A DNA stretch of 64,000 bases. Source: a virus. Shown here in pieces: positions 17,555-26,622 of this stretch (the stretch's first letter is position 1; every line of letters starts with the position of its first letter). The translations under genes were made by a program, and so were the position numbers. The stretch is taken from IMG/VR virus record IMGVR_UViG_3300036770_003400; one strand, given 5' to 3'. The notes under the pieces are model-generated. The model saw only the letters and a list, made by a program, of their open reading frames with translations. It did not search any database and was not told where the DNA came from.

Positions 17555-18053
17555 CCGAGAGCCGAGCGGAGCGCGCTGGCTGCTGCGGCAGCGATGGGCC
17601 GGGCGTCACATCGACCAGGTGGTGGTGTTGTTTAGCCGCACATGGTCGCAGCCGGCGCCAGGCGAACACCGGCTCTTCGTGCGCTCGAGCTCCTGGCAGG
17701 CGGGCGCGTTGGATTGGCGATGCGTCACGGACCTGCGGGTGCGGGTGGTGGATGACGACCCGACGTTCGCCCCGGACGGCTGGCCCTGGTCGCTGCACCT
17801 GGCGGCGGAGATTTGCGATTGCGCGGCGGTGGTGCATCTGGTCACGCCGATCGAGCTCTACGACGACGGCCGGCGGTTCGTTGACCCACAGCAGCTGGCC
17901 TGGGAGTGCATCGAGGCTGGCGAGACGCCCAGCTGGTGGCCGGCGCGCCGGAGCGTGACGCACGATGTCCGCCGAGATCGATTCCGCGCCCGAGAAGCCG
18001 TCCGACGAGGATGGGATCGTCGCCCCGACGTTCGAGCAGGCCTACCCCGATGA
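17538..18053 (+). CDS. hypothetical protein
   Basis: Trp-rich protein-like frame preceding VapE. Confidence 0.45.
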   Translation: MSGANDREPSGARWLLRQRWAGRHIDQVVVLFSRTWSQPAPGEHRLFVRSSSWQAGALDWRCVTDLRVRVVDDDPTFAPDGWPWSLHLAAEICDCAAVVHLVTPIELYDDGRRFVDPQQLAWECIEAGETPSWWPARRSVTHDVRRDRFRAREAVRRGWDRRPDVRAGLPR

Positions 18054-19278
18054 TCTGGACGCACGGCTGCGTCGCAACGACAAAGGCTCGGTTCAGGCCT
18101 CGCTGCTTAACTGCGTGGCGATCCTCGAAGGCCACGAGGAGTGGCAGGGGGTGATCGCCTATGACCAGTTCGCCGGGCGCGTAGTGAAGCGCCGGCCGGG
18201 GCCGCATGGCCTCGGCAGGGGCGAGTGGACGGACATTGACGACATCCGGGCGACGATCTGGCTGTCGACGCACTACGGAATCGAGCCGAAGCTGCAGGTG
18301 CTGATGGCGGCTGTTCAGGCCGTGGCGGAGGCACATGCGTTCCACGAGCTGCGTGATTACCTGCGCGGCCTGGAATGGGACGGCATCCCCCGCGTGAAGC
18401 AGCACGGGTGGCTCCACGTCTACTGCGGCGCCGAGTCGTCTGAATACCACCGACTTGCCGGGCTTAAGTGGCTGGTCTCAGCCGTCGCCAGGGGGCTGCG
18501 TGACGATCAGACTAAGGCCGATGGCGTGCTGGTCCTCGAGGGGCCGCAGGGCATCGGGAAGTCGACGCTGCTGCGCATTCTGTTCTCACCCTGGTTCACA
18601 GACAGTCCGATCCGCCTGGGCGATCGCGAGGCGGCCATGGTGATCCGCGGACGTTGGGGCGTGGAGCTCGGCGAGCTCGATGCGTTCAATCGGGCGGAGT
18701 CGACGACCGCGAAAAACTTCTTTTCACAGTCCGAGGATCGATACCGCTCTCCCTGGGGCAAACGCCCTGCCGACGTGCGCCGCAGCTGCGTCTTCGCGGG
18801 CACCACAAATGAATCGTTGTGGATGAAGGATCAGACCGGCAACAGGCGCTATTGGCCTGTCGCCATCTCGCGCGTCGACAGGGACGAGCTGCGCGCAGAT
18901 CGGGACCAGCTTTGGGCCGAGGCCGTGTGGCTATTCAACCAAGGCACGCCGTGGCACGTATCGGACGAGGAACAGCCGCTGTTCGATGAGGCTCAGGGCA
19001 GCCGATTGATTCGGGATGCGTACGAGGAGCGCATCGAGGACTGGCTCGATGAGCAGCGGCGGGCCGGCGAGCGCCAGGTGCGCATGAGCCAGATCCTCGG
19101 CCAGGCGTTGGGTCTGGACACCGGGAAGTGGACACGTGTGGAGCAGACCCGTGTCGGCCAGGTGATGTCTCGGGTGCGCGGCTGGGAGCGCAAGCGGATT
19201 CGGAGTGGGGAGCGATTGGAGTACGTGTACGTGTTCGTGGGCGCGCGCGAAGTGACGTCTGACGAGGTGCCGCTGTGA
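17965..19278 (+). CDS. VapE/virulence-associated E family helicase (replication)
   Basis: Walker A EGPQGIGKST, ELGEL Walker B, YRSPWG...R.CVFAGTTN, GNRRYWP. Confidence 0.9.
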   Translation: MSAEIDSAPEKPSDEDGIVAPTFEQAYPDDLDARLRRNDKGSVQASLLNCVAILEGHEEWQGVIAYDQFAGRVVKRRPGPHGLGRGEWTDIDDIRATIWLSTHYGIEPKLQVLMAAVQAVAEAHAFHELRDYLRGLEWDGIPRVKQHGWLHVYCGAESSEYHRLAGLKWLVSAVARGLRDDQTKADGVLVLEGPQGIGKSTLLRILFSPWFTDSPIRLGDREAAMVIRGRWGVELGELDAFNRAESTTAKNFFSQSEDRYRSPWGKRPADVRRSCVFAGTTNESLWMKDQTGNRRYWPVAISRVDRDELRADRDQLWAEAVWLFNQGTPWHVSDEEQPLFDEAQGSRLIRDAYEERIEDWLDEQRRAGERQVRMSQILGQALGLDTGKWTRVEQTRVGQVMSRVRGWERKRIRSGERLEYVYVFVGAREVTSDEVPL

Positions 19279-19455
19279 GGTGGGAACAAGGTGGGAACGG
19301 AATTCCTCTGAGAAATCCACGCGTGTTCCTACGTTCCTACCGTTCCTACCTGTTTGCGCTCACGTACGCGTGCGCGAGCGGATGAGTGGTCAATCGCGCG
19401 CGCTCGCGTGCGCATATATATAGAAGTAGGTAGGAACAGTAGGAACGTAGGAACA
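19279..19455. other. putative replication origin with mirror-image iterons
   Basis: 3x GTTCCTAC (19325-19349) facing 3x GTAGGAAC (19430-19454), 27/28 inverted repeat; 2x GTGGGAAC; CATATATATAG. Confidence 0.7.
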
Positions 19456-19456
19456 A

Positions 19457-19789
19457 ATGGCCAACAACCTCCGATCTGAAATGCCGACGGTCGCTGCGTG
19501 GATTGATGAACTCCGCGAGGTGTTTGGTGCGGCCTCGATCAACCAGTCGATACGAGACGGACTGCAACCCGGTGTGCGGACTCCCCTCGGCTTCTTCGCA
19601 GAGGAGGGCGGCCACGTGCTGGGCCAGCCCAACGACATGAGCACCGCGCGCGTGGCTGTCGTGATTGATCACGGGTCCTCCCCAGACATGAACGACTGCG
19701 AGCGAAAAGCCCGCGAAAAAAAGCTAGTGGCAGAACTTGGTCGGAGTGACCGACGGACCCGGTCACGGTCCGGTCGGCGGTCGGCATGA
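19457..19789 (+). CDS. hypothetical phage protein
   Basis: MPTVAAWIDELREVFG...FFAEEGGH.LG conserved-looking motif. Confidence 0.6.
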   Translation: MANNLRSEMPTVAAWIDELREVFGAASINQSIRDGLQPGVRTPLGFFAEEGGHVLGQPNDMSTARVAVVIDHGSSPDMNDCERKAREKKLVAELGRSDRRTRSRSGRRSA

Positions 19790-20349
19790 ACCTGCCACCC
19801 GGCTACGCGCCGATCCGGGCCACGGCTCGCCTGCTCGGCTGCTCGCATCCGACGCTGATCGACGCCCTCAACACGGGGCGGATCCCAGAGGCAGCGTGCG
19901 TGCGGGGCCCCAAAGGGCAGCGCATCGGCCTGCACATCGAGCAGGCGCGCCTGGCCATGGTCGAGAACACGGACCCAGCTCAGAGCGCGCGCAAGGGGCT
20001 GAACTGGGACGCCGTGCCTCCTCAGGGCGTGGCGCCGGCCGCGGTGCCGGCCGAGGCCGAGGGCGCGTCCTACAGCGAGGCGCGGGCCGAGCGGGAGCGG
20101 GCGCAGGCGGCGCTGGCCCAGCTCGACCTGGCGAAGCAGCTCGGCCAGGTGGTGCTGGCCGAAACCGTGGCCAAAGGAGCTGCGGCTGCAGCTCGGGCGA
20201 CGCGCGATGCCCTGCTGTCGATCCCCGACCGGGTGGCGGCGCTGGTGGCGGCGGAGACGGACCCCGCGCGCGTGCACGCCATCCTGAGCAACGAACTCCG
20301 ACAGGCCTTGCATGGGCTCGCCGACAGACTTGCCGCTGAGCCTGGTTGA
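19786..20349 (+). CDS. terS: terminase small subunit (Nu1-like)
   Basis: N-terminal HTH; SYSEARAERE...A.LD..KQ.GQ.V coil; precedes gpA. Confidence 0.8.
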   Translation: MNLPPGYAPIRATARLLGCSHPTLIDALNTGRIPEAACVRGPKGQRIGLHIEQARLAMVENTDPAQSARKGLNWDAVPPQGVAPAAVPAEAEGASYSEARAERERAQAALAQLDLAKQLGQVVLAETVAKGAAAAARATRDALLSIPDRVAALVAAETDPARVHAILSNELRQALHGLADRLAAEPG

Positions 20350-22504
20350 GCGCATCGCCGCCGGCGAGCGCGTTTACCTCGAGGCGTGGGCCGAGGGGAT
20401 CCGGCCGGACCGCGAGTTCACGGTGAGCGAGTGGGCGGACGAGCATCGCATGCTGTCGCCGGTCTCGTCTGCCGAGCCCGGGCGGTGGCGCACGGAGCGG
20501 ACGCCCTACCTGCGCGAGATCATGGACGTGCTGTCGGCCACGCATCCGTGCACGGAGGTGACCTTCGTCAAGGGTACGCAGATCGGCGGCAGCGAGGCTG
20601 GCTACAACTGGCTCGGGGCCGTCATGCATCTGTGGCCGGGCCCGACGATGCTAGTGATGCCGACGACCGACACCGCCAAGCGGATCAGCAAGCAGCGCCT
20701 GGCGCCGATGATCGACATCTGCCCCGTGCTGCGCGACCGGGTGCAGGACAACCGCTCGCGGGACTCGGGCAACACCCTGCAGATGAAGGAATTCCCTGGC
20801 GGCGTGCTCATCTTGACCGGGGCAAACAGCGGCCCGGGCCTGCGCTCGATGCCTGTGCGCTACCTCATGCTGGACGAGGTCGACGCCTATCCCGTTGACG
20901 TGGGCGGCGAGGGGGACCCGTGCATCGTTGCGGAAAAGCGGACCGAGACCTTCGCCCGGAGGAAGATCTTTCGCGTGAGCTCGCCCAAGCTCAAGGCGAC
21001 AAGCCGCATCGAGCGGTTCTGGGAGCAGTCGGACCAGCGCCGTTATCACGTGCCGTGCCCGCATTGTGGCCACGAACAGTGGCTCAAATGGGGCCAGATG
21101 CGCTGGGAAACGCGCAAGACCTGGGAGGTCACGGCCGAAGACACGGGCGAAGTGCTCGAATGCAGCCCCGATGCGCCTGGTGCGGTCGAGCGCGACACCG
21201 GCGAGCTGGTGGACGTCCACTACGAGTGCGAGGCCTGCGAGGGCCGCATCGAGGAGTGGCACAAGCCCGACATCCTCGCGCGCGGCCGGTGGATCGCTGC
21301 ACGACCTGGTGGTGGCAGGCATCCGGGCTTTCACCTGTCCGCGCTGTACAGCCCCCTCGGCTGGTTCTCCTGGCGCTCGGCGGTCAAACAATTCCTCGAG
21401 GCCGAGGGGGACATCACCGGCGAGCTGCTGCAGGTGTTCACGAACACCGTACTCGGCGAGGCCTACGACGACGCCGGCGAGCAGGTCGACGACCAGGTGC
21501 TGAGACAGCACGTGGGCGACTACCGCGTCGGCGGGCCGGTGCCGGCCGGGGCGCTGGTGCTCACCTGCGGCGTCGACGTCCAGCACGACCGCCTCGAGGC
21601 GCGGGTCTGGGGCTGGGGGCGGGGTGAGGAATCGTGGCTGATCGCGCGCGAGGTGCTGTTTGGCGACCCCGCTGTCGACAGCACCTGGACCGCTCTGGAC
21701 GAGCTGCTGTTCCGCGGGTGGCCGCACGCCTGCGGCGGCACCTTGCGCATCAGCGCCACGGCCATCGATGCCTCCGACGGCAACACCACCCACTACGTGC
21801 GCAGCTACACACGCGCGCGCCAGGCGCGGCATGTGATCGCCATCAAGGGGCAGGCCGCACCGGGCAAGCCCATCCTCGGCCGGCCCACCGAGCAGGACAT
21901 CACGCACAAGGGCCGCGTGATGAAGGGCGCGGTCAAACTCTGGCCCGTGGGCTCCGACACGGCGAAGGGCGTGATCTACAAGCGGTACGAACTGAGCGAG
22001 CCCGGCCCCGGCTACGTGCACTTGCCCCAGGGCCTACCCGACGACGAGTTCTCGCAGATGACGGCCGAGCGCGTGGTGACGAGCTATGTGAAAGGCTTCC
22101 CGCGCCGGGCGTGGGTCAAGGCCGCAGGGGCGCGCAACGAGGCGCTGGACTGCTTCGTGATGGCCCTGGCCGCGGCGCACTATGCCGGCGTCACCCGCGC
22201 CAACTGGGACCGCATCGAGCAGGCCCTGGCCCAGCCCGACATGTGGGCCGCCCTGCCGCCGGCACCCGCTGCGCCGCCGGCCCGCGAGGCGCACCACCAC
22301 CAGGCGCACCACCACCAGGCGGAGCTTGAGCAGGCCGAGCTCCACCAGGTGGCGGCCGCCGCCGTCGAGGCGGTCGAGGCCGAGGCACCGCAGCCCGAGC
22401 TCGAGCTCGCCGCCCCAGCCGTCACGCGCGCACCCGCCGCAGCTCGCCTGCCTACACCACCGTCCGCCCCGCGACGCGGCTGGGCCACCGGCTGGCGCGC
22501 GTGA
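20312..22504 (+). CDS. terL: terminase large subunit, lambda gpA family
   Basis: TVSEWADEHR, RTPYLREIM, KGTQIGGSE, LMLDEVD, CPHCG, GVDVQ, NEALDC. Confidence 0.95.
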   Translation: MGSPTDLPLSLVERIAAGERVYLEAWAEGIRPDREFTVSEWADEHRMLSPVSSAEPGRWRTERTPYLREIMDVLSATHPCTEVTFVKGTQIGGSEAGYNWLGAVMHLWPGPTMLVMPTTDTAKRISKQRLAPMIDICPVLRDRVQDNRSRDSGNTLQMKEFPGGVLILTGANSGPGLRSMPVRYLMLDEVDAYPVDVGGEGDPCIVAEKRTETFARRKIFRVSSPKLKATSRIERFWEQSDQRRYHVPCPHCGHEQWLKWGQMRWETRKTWEVTAEDTGEVLECSPDAPGAVERDTGELVDVHYECEACEGRIEEWHKPDILARGRWIAARPGGGRHPGFHLSALYSPLGWFSWRSAVKQFLEAEGDITGELLQVFTNTVLGEAYDDAGEQVDDQVLRQHVGDYRVGGPVPAGALVLTCGVDVQHDRLEARVWGWGRGEESWLIAREVLFGDPAVDSTWTALDELLFRGWPHACGGTLRISATAIDASDGNTTHYVRSYTRARQARHVIAIKGQAAPGKPILGRPTEQDITHKGRVMKGAVKLWPVGSDTAKGVIYKRYELSEPGPGYVHLPQGLPDDEFSQMTAERVVTSYVKGFPRRAWVKAAGARNEALDCFVMALAAAHYAGVTRANWDRIEQALAQPDMWAALPPAPAAPPAREAHHHQAHHHQAELEQAELHQVAAAAVEAVEAEAPQPELELAAPAVTRAPAAARLPTPPSAPRRGWATGWRA

Positions 22505-22529
22505 ACGCCATGCAACTGCAGGGAGTTTG

Positions 22530-22566
22530 TTGACACGCGGGCCCATCGCACTAGCATTGCTAGTGC
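22530..22566 (+). promoter_or_regulatory. promoter with CI-type operator downstream of terL
   Basis: TTGACA-N16-TAGCAT; palindrome GCACTAGCATTGCTAGTGC (22548-22566) contains the AGCAnTGCT core. Confidence 0.7.
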
Positions 22567-22599
22567 CGCTCTTTTGCGGCGCACGTAGGGCAAGGCGCC

Positions 22600-23001
22600 A
22601 TGGCCATACAGCTGTCTGTCACCGTTCGCAACGCCCGGCTCGACACGATCGAGACCACCATCGGCACCTCGCCGATCCTGCGCGTGCTCACCGGCTCGAT
22701 GCCGGCCAACTGCGCCGCGGCGCAGACCGGCACCCTGGTGGCTGAGGCCACGCTGCCGAGCAACTGGCTGGCCGACGCCGCCAGCGGCAGCAAGGCCCTC
22801 GCCGGCACCTGGCAGGACCTGAGCTGCAACAACACCGGCACGGTCGGCTACTTCCGCATTCTCGACTCGACGGGCACCACCTGCCACCTGCAGGGCACCG
22901 CGGGCACCAGCGGCACCGACATGATCGTGAGCAAGGCTGCGCCGGATGCCGGCGAGTCGTTCACGGTCACGTCGTTTACGCTGACTGACGCGAATTCGTG
23001 A
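22600..23001 (+). CDS. virion structural/accessory protein
   Basis: Thr/Gly-rich beta protein of a type seen in phage head-region clusters. Confidence 0.6.
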   Translation: MAIQLSVTVRNARLDTIETTIGTSPILRVLTGSMPANCAAAQTGTLVAEATLPSNWLADAASGSKALAGTWQDLSCNNTGTVGYFRILDSTGTTCHLQGTAGTSGTDMIVSKAAPDAGESFTVTSFTLTDANS

Positions 23002-24056
23002 GCCAGCACGCCAACCGCGTCCAGATGGGCCTGTCTGCTGGTGCGGGCAATCCCGGCACGGGCACGTTGACGCTTGGCACAGCAACGTCAGGCTATCAGT
23101 CGTTCTCCAGCGCCTACGGGGCCAATGCCACGGTCGATATCCTCATCACCGAGAACACCGACTGGGAAGTCGCTCGCAACTGCCTGTACACGCACAGCGG
23201 CACTACGGTTGATCGAGGCACGTTTGAGGCGTCGAGCAGCGGCAACGCAGTGTCGTTCACCAGCGCGGCGATTGTCAGCGTCATCGCCACGGCAGCAAGC
23301 GGCAACAACTGGGGCCTCAACGAGGTGCAGTCCAACGCCAACGCAGCCGTCACGGGCGTTGTCGGCACGATGCACATCCTCGACATTGGACCCTTCACTG
23401 CGGATCGAGACTTCACACTGCCCGCCACGTGCGCCGTGGGCGACCGAGTCGGTGTGTTCATCAAGACGGGCGATCCCGACTACGAACTTCTGCTGAAGCC
23501 TGCCTCCGGCGACACCATCAACGGCGGGTCTCCCGGTGCGGAATGGTCGCGGTTGTTCATCAGCAACGAGTGTGTGATTTTCCGGTGCATTACGGCAAAT
23601 GCCGACTGGATTGTGGAGTATGACGGGCGGATACCGTGCCAAATGTCTTTTGACTTGAGCACAAACGAATCTGGCACAAAAAACGGTGGGACGTACTACG
23701 CGCCAACATCAGTAAATGGCGTTTGGACGGTGGTCAAAAATATCGGCGATTGCGGCGATTCTTCAACGTCTCGGTTCAATGTGCGTCGAGACGGATCGTA
23801 TTTGTTCACTGCTTCTTGGGGATCAACAAGCTCACCCGCAGATCAGACGGTCAATGCAATAAGGTTTTTTGACGGCACTGCATTGTACGGTGGCTGGCTA
23901 TACGGTCAGGGGGTTGCTGGCTCAATACAAATGGCAACGGCGCATGCGGATTTCCTTACGGTTGGCAAATACATCGAAATGCAGACGAGGTCTGGAGCAG
24001 CCAGCGCGTATGCATCGAACACTACGACGTGGTTTTCAGCGGTGGAGATTCTGTGA
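22998..24056 (+). CDS. fibre-like virion protein with C-terminal C1q/TNF-like domain
   Basis: GTGTLTLG N-terminus; RFNVRRDGSYLFTA...WFSAVEIL C-terminus; low-GC 3' half. Confidence 0.55.
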   Translation: MSQHANRVQMGLSAGAGNPGTGTLTLGTATSGYQSFSSAYGANATVDILITENTDWEVARNCLYTHSGTTVDRGTFEASSSGNAVSFTSAAIVSVIATAASGNNWGLNEVQSNANAAVTGVVGTMHILDIGPFTADRDFTLPATCAVGDRVGVFIKTGDPDYELLLKPASGDTINGGSPGAEWSRLFISNECVIFRCITANADWIVEYDGRIPCQMSFDLSTNESGTKNGGTYYAPTSVNGVWTVVKNIGDCGDSSTSRFNVRRDGSYLFTASWGSTSSPADQTVNAIRFFDGTALYGGWLYGQGVAGSIQMATAHADFLTVGKYIEMQTRSGAASAYASNTTTWFSAVEIL

Positions 24057-24481
24057 TGAATCTGTACTCCACTTTGAAGGCTATGGGGTTTGTGCTGGAC
24101 GTCGATTTCGTTCTGGCGGCAAACGCCGACGGCACCACCAGCATCACATGGCTCTCCAGCAAACCCCGCCCCACCGACGCCCAGATCGCCGCCGCCGCGC
24201 TGCCCGCAGCCAAAGCCGCGAAAAAGCGCGAGATCAAAGAGGCCGCGCGCGCCCACATTCTTAGCCGCTACCCCGAGTGGAAACAGACCAACCTTCTGGC
24301 CCGCGCCGTCGAGTTGGTCAGCCTCGGTGCACTGGCCGGATCGGAGTGGAGCCAGATGCAGGCGGGCTGGGCGTGGATTCAAGCAACTCGCGCCCGCTCC
24401 GACCTGCTGGAAACCGATGTGGACAACTGCACCACCGTCGAGGCGGTTGAGCAACTGACCATCGGTGGGTGGCCTGAGTGA
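24056..24481 (+). CDS. fibre chaperone-like (XkdW-like) protein
   Basis: ITWLSSKPRPTDAQI N-terminus; ARAHILSRYPEWKQ.N. Confidence 0.55.
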   Translation: MNLYSTLKAMGFVLDVDFVLAANADGTTSITWLSSKPRPTDAQIAAAALPAAKAAKKREIKEAARAHILSRYPEWKQTNLLARAVELVSLGALAGSEWSQMQAGWAWIQATRARSDLLETDVDNCTTVEAVEQLTIGGWPE

Positions 24482-25023
24482 CATGGGCGGCAGCGCCGTG
24501 GGCTGAACTGCCGTGGGCGGGCTTGCCTGCTGCTGGCGCTGCTACGCAGACGCTCACGCCTGACCGCTACGACAATGCTCAGTCGTTCTACTCGCCGACC
24601 GTCATCACGACATACGCGCTCACGCCGGGGCGCTATGACAACACCAGCACGTTCTATTCGCCGACGGTCACGGCTGGTGCCGTCACCCTGCTGCCAGGGC
24701 GTTACGACAACGCCAGCACGTTCTACAGTCCGACGGTCACCAGCGGCGCATTCGTCCTGCTGCCGGACCGTTACGACAACGCGCAGACGTTCTACAGCCC
24801 GACTGTCACCGCTGGCACCGTCACACTCACGCCAGCGCGGTATGACAACGCTCAGACCTTCTATACGCCGACCGTTTCCCTGGCATCGCAGGTACTGCTG
24901 CCGAACCGGTTCGACAACGTCAATACCTTCTACGCGCCATCCCTGGCTGTCGTCACCCTGTACAAGCTCAAGTACTGGGACGGCAGCGCGTGGCAGATCC
25001 TGAAGAAGAACCCACTGTTCTGA
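24478..25023 (+). CDS. repeat-containing virion protein
   Basis: Six ~22-aa repeats L(T/L)PxR(Y/F)DNxxxFYxP(T/S). Confidence 0.7.
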   Translation: MTWAAAPWAELPWAGLPAAGAATQTLTPDRYDNAQSFYSPTVITTYALTPGRYDNTSTFYSPTVTAGAVTLLPGRYDNASTFYSPTVTSGAFVLLPDRYDNAQTFYSPTVTAGTVTLTPARYDNAQTFYTPTVSLASQVLLPNRFDNVNTFYAPSLAVVTLYKLKYWDGSAWQILKKNPLF

Positions 25024-25030
25024 GGTCACC

Positions 25031-25603
25031 ATGCCGCTACAAAAGGCTCACGGCGCTCCCTGGCTGTACGACAACGGCACGGGAGACCTTGTCGGCGTCA
25101 AAGACCCGGACAGGTCGGAGTTTTACTGGCAACGCATGCCGCACCTGGGCTGCTTCTTCTCGACGCAGAATCAGGTCGATGGCGGCAGCGCAGTCGCGAT
25201 GACGTTCAATACCACGGCATTGTCGCGCGGCATCACCCTGGTGGACTCCTCGAAGATCTACGTCTCGCGCACTGCGATCTACGAGTTTCAGCTCTCGATT
25301 CACATCCACAACGACGATGTGCAAGCGCACCTGTTCGAACTGTGGGGCAAAAAGAACAACTCCGACATCGAGAACAGTCGCTTTATTTATTCGGTCCCGT
25401 CGAGTCACGGCGGCAATCCCGGTTCGCTGATCCCGTCGCAGAATTTCTGGCTGTCATTGGAGGCCGGAGACTACGTGCAGATCTACTGGCTGGCCGGCGA
25501 TGCCGATGTGACGATTGCCTACCACCCGGTCGAGGGTGGCAAGCCGGTAGCTCCGTCATTGCTGCTGACCGTCAAGGAGATCTCGGCCGACTGGCCGACA
25601 TAG
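25031..25603 (+). CDS. virion accessory protein, C1q-like fold
   Basis: YEFQLSIHI...LEAGDYVQIYW pattern. Confidence 0.55.
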   Translation: MPLQKAHGAPWLYDNGTGDLVGVKDPDRSEFYWQRMPHLGCFFSTQNQVDGGSAVAMTFNTTALSRGITLVDSSKIYVSRTAIYEFQLSIHIHNDDVQAHLFELWGKKNNSDIENSRFIYSVPSSHGGNPGSLIPSQNFWLSLEAGDYVQIYWLAGDADVTIAYHPVEGGKPVAPSLLLTVKEISADWPT

Positions 25604-25635
25604 GTGCCCGTGACGGGAATCGACGCGAATAGACT
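25603..25635 (+). promoter_or_regulatory. phage B late promoter motif, copy 1
   Basis: GGTGCCCGTGA-N16-TAGACT; next ATG 7 nt later without SD (leaderless). Confidence 0.65.
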
Positions 25636-25641
25636 GCCAGC

Positions 25642-25974
25642 ATGACGAAGGAGTTTGATCCGACAGATCTGCGGGCGATTGACCGGGCGAAGACTGACCG
25701 AGAGGTCAAAGACCGTCTGGCCAGGGAAACCGAGGAAGCGGATCTCAAGTGGCTCATGAGCAACAAGCGGGGGCGCAGGGTCATCTGGCGTCTCCTGGAT
25801 CACAGCGGCGTGTTCCGCCTGTCGTTCAATACCAACGCAATGCAGATGGCATTCGCGGAGGGAAACAGGAACTACGGGAATCGCACACTGGCCATGATCC
25901 ACACGCTGTGCCCTGAGCAGTATCCGACGATGGTCAAGGAGAATTCGAGCAATGAGCGAAACGATGATGACTGA
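25642..25974 (+). CDS. Bbp19-like protein
   Basis: DLKWLMSNKRGRRVIWRLL...AFAEGNRN.G motif before scaffold. Confidence 0.65.
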   Translation: MTKEFDPTDLRAIDRAKTDREVKDRLARETEEADLKWLMSNKRGRRVIWRLLDHSGVFRLSFNTNAMQMAFAEGNRNYGNRTLAMIHTLCPEQYPTMVKENSSNERNDDD

Positions 25975-26611
25975 CAGCGCTGCCAATACCAGCACCAGCG
26001 CCGATGCATCGCCCGCCTCGGACAGCCCGACAGATGTAGCGCAGGCGCTGTACGGGGAAAAGCAGCAGCAACAGGCTGACCAGCAGCAGGACCAGTCACA
26101 GACGACTGATGCAGATTCTGGAGACCAGGAAGCGCCGGAGGGCGCGCCTGACAAGTACGAGTTCGTGGCACCCGAAGGCAAGGAGTTCGACGCCGAGGTG
26201 ATCACCGTCTTCTCGGAAGTCGCAAAGGAACTGAACCTGCCACAGAAGGCCGCGCAACAGATCCTCGACAAGGTCGCTCCGGCTATCGAAGCCAGACAGG
26301 TCGAGCAGGTGCAGGCGCTCCGTCAGGAATGGGCGGACACCTCGAAGGTGGACAAGGAGTTCGGTGGCGACAAGCTCGCCGAGAATCTCTCCGTCGCCAA
26401 GAAGGCACTGGATCAATTCGGTAATCCCGAACTGCGCGAGTTGCTGGAGATGTCTGGCCTGGGCAATCACCCGGAAGTCATCCGGTTCATGTTCAAGGCT
26501 GGGCAAGCCATCAGCGAAGACCGATACGTCGGGCAATCCGGCGGTGGCAAAACGCCGCCTAAGGACTTCAACTCGATGGCATCGGCGCTGTACGCAAACC
26601 AACCCAATTGA
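25952..26611 (+). CDS. capsid scaffolding protein
   Basis: APDKYEF, DKEFGG, SGLGNHPEVIRFM; precedes capsid gene. Confidence 0.8.
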   Translation: MSETMMTDSAANTSTSADASPASDSPTDVAQALYGEKQQQQADQQQDQSQTTDADSGDQEAPEGAPDKYEFVAPEGKEFDAEVITVFSEVAKELNLPQKAAQQILDKVAPAIEARQVEQVQALRQEWADTSKVDKEFGGDKLAENLSVAKKALDQFGNPELRELLEMSGLGNHPEVIRFMFKAGQAISEDRYVGQSGGGKTPPKDFNSMASALYANQPN

Positions 26612-26622
26612 GGATCTGAAAC

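Noticed and set aside
19279-19455. CRISPR mini-array
   Set aside because: Repeats are 8-bp tandem/inverted units without unique spacers; no cas genes.
22289-22318. His-tag or vector contamination
   Set aside because: HHHQ units are interrupted, embedded in native GC-rich coding sequence, with no vector features.
24550-24950. CRISPR-like periodic repeat
   Set aside because: Degenerate in-frame coding repeat varying at synonymous positions.
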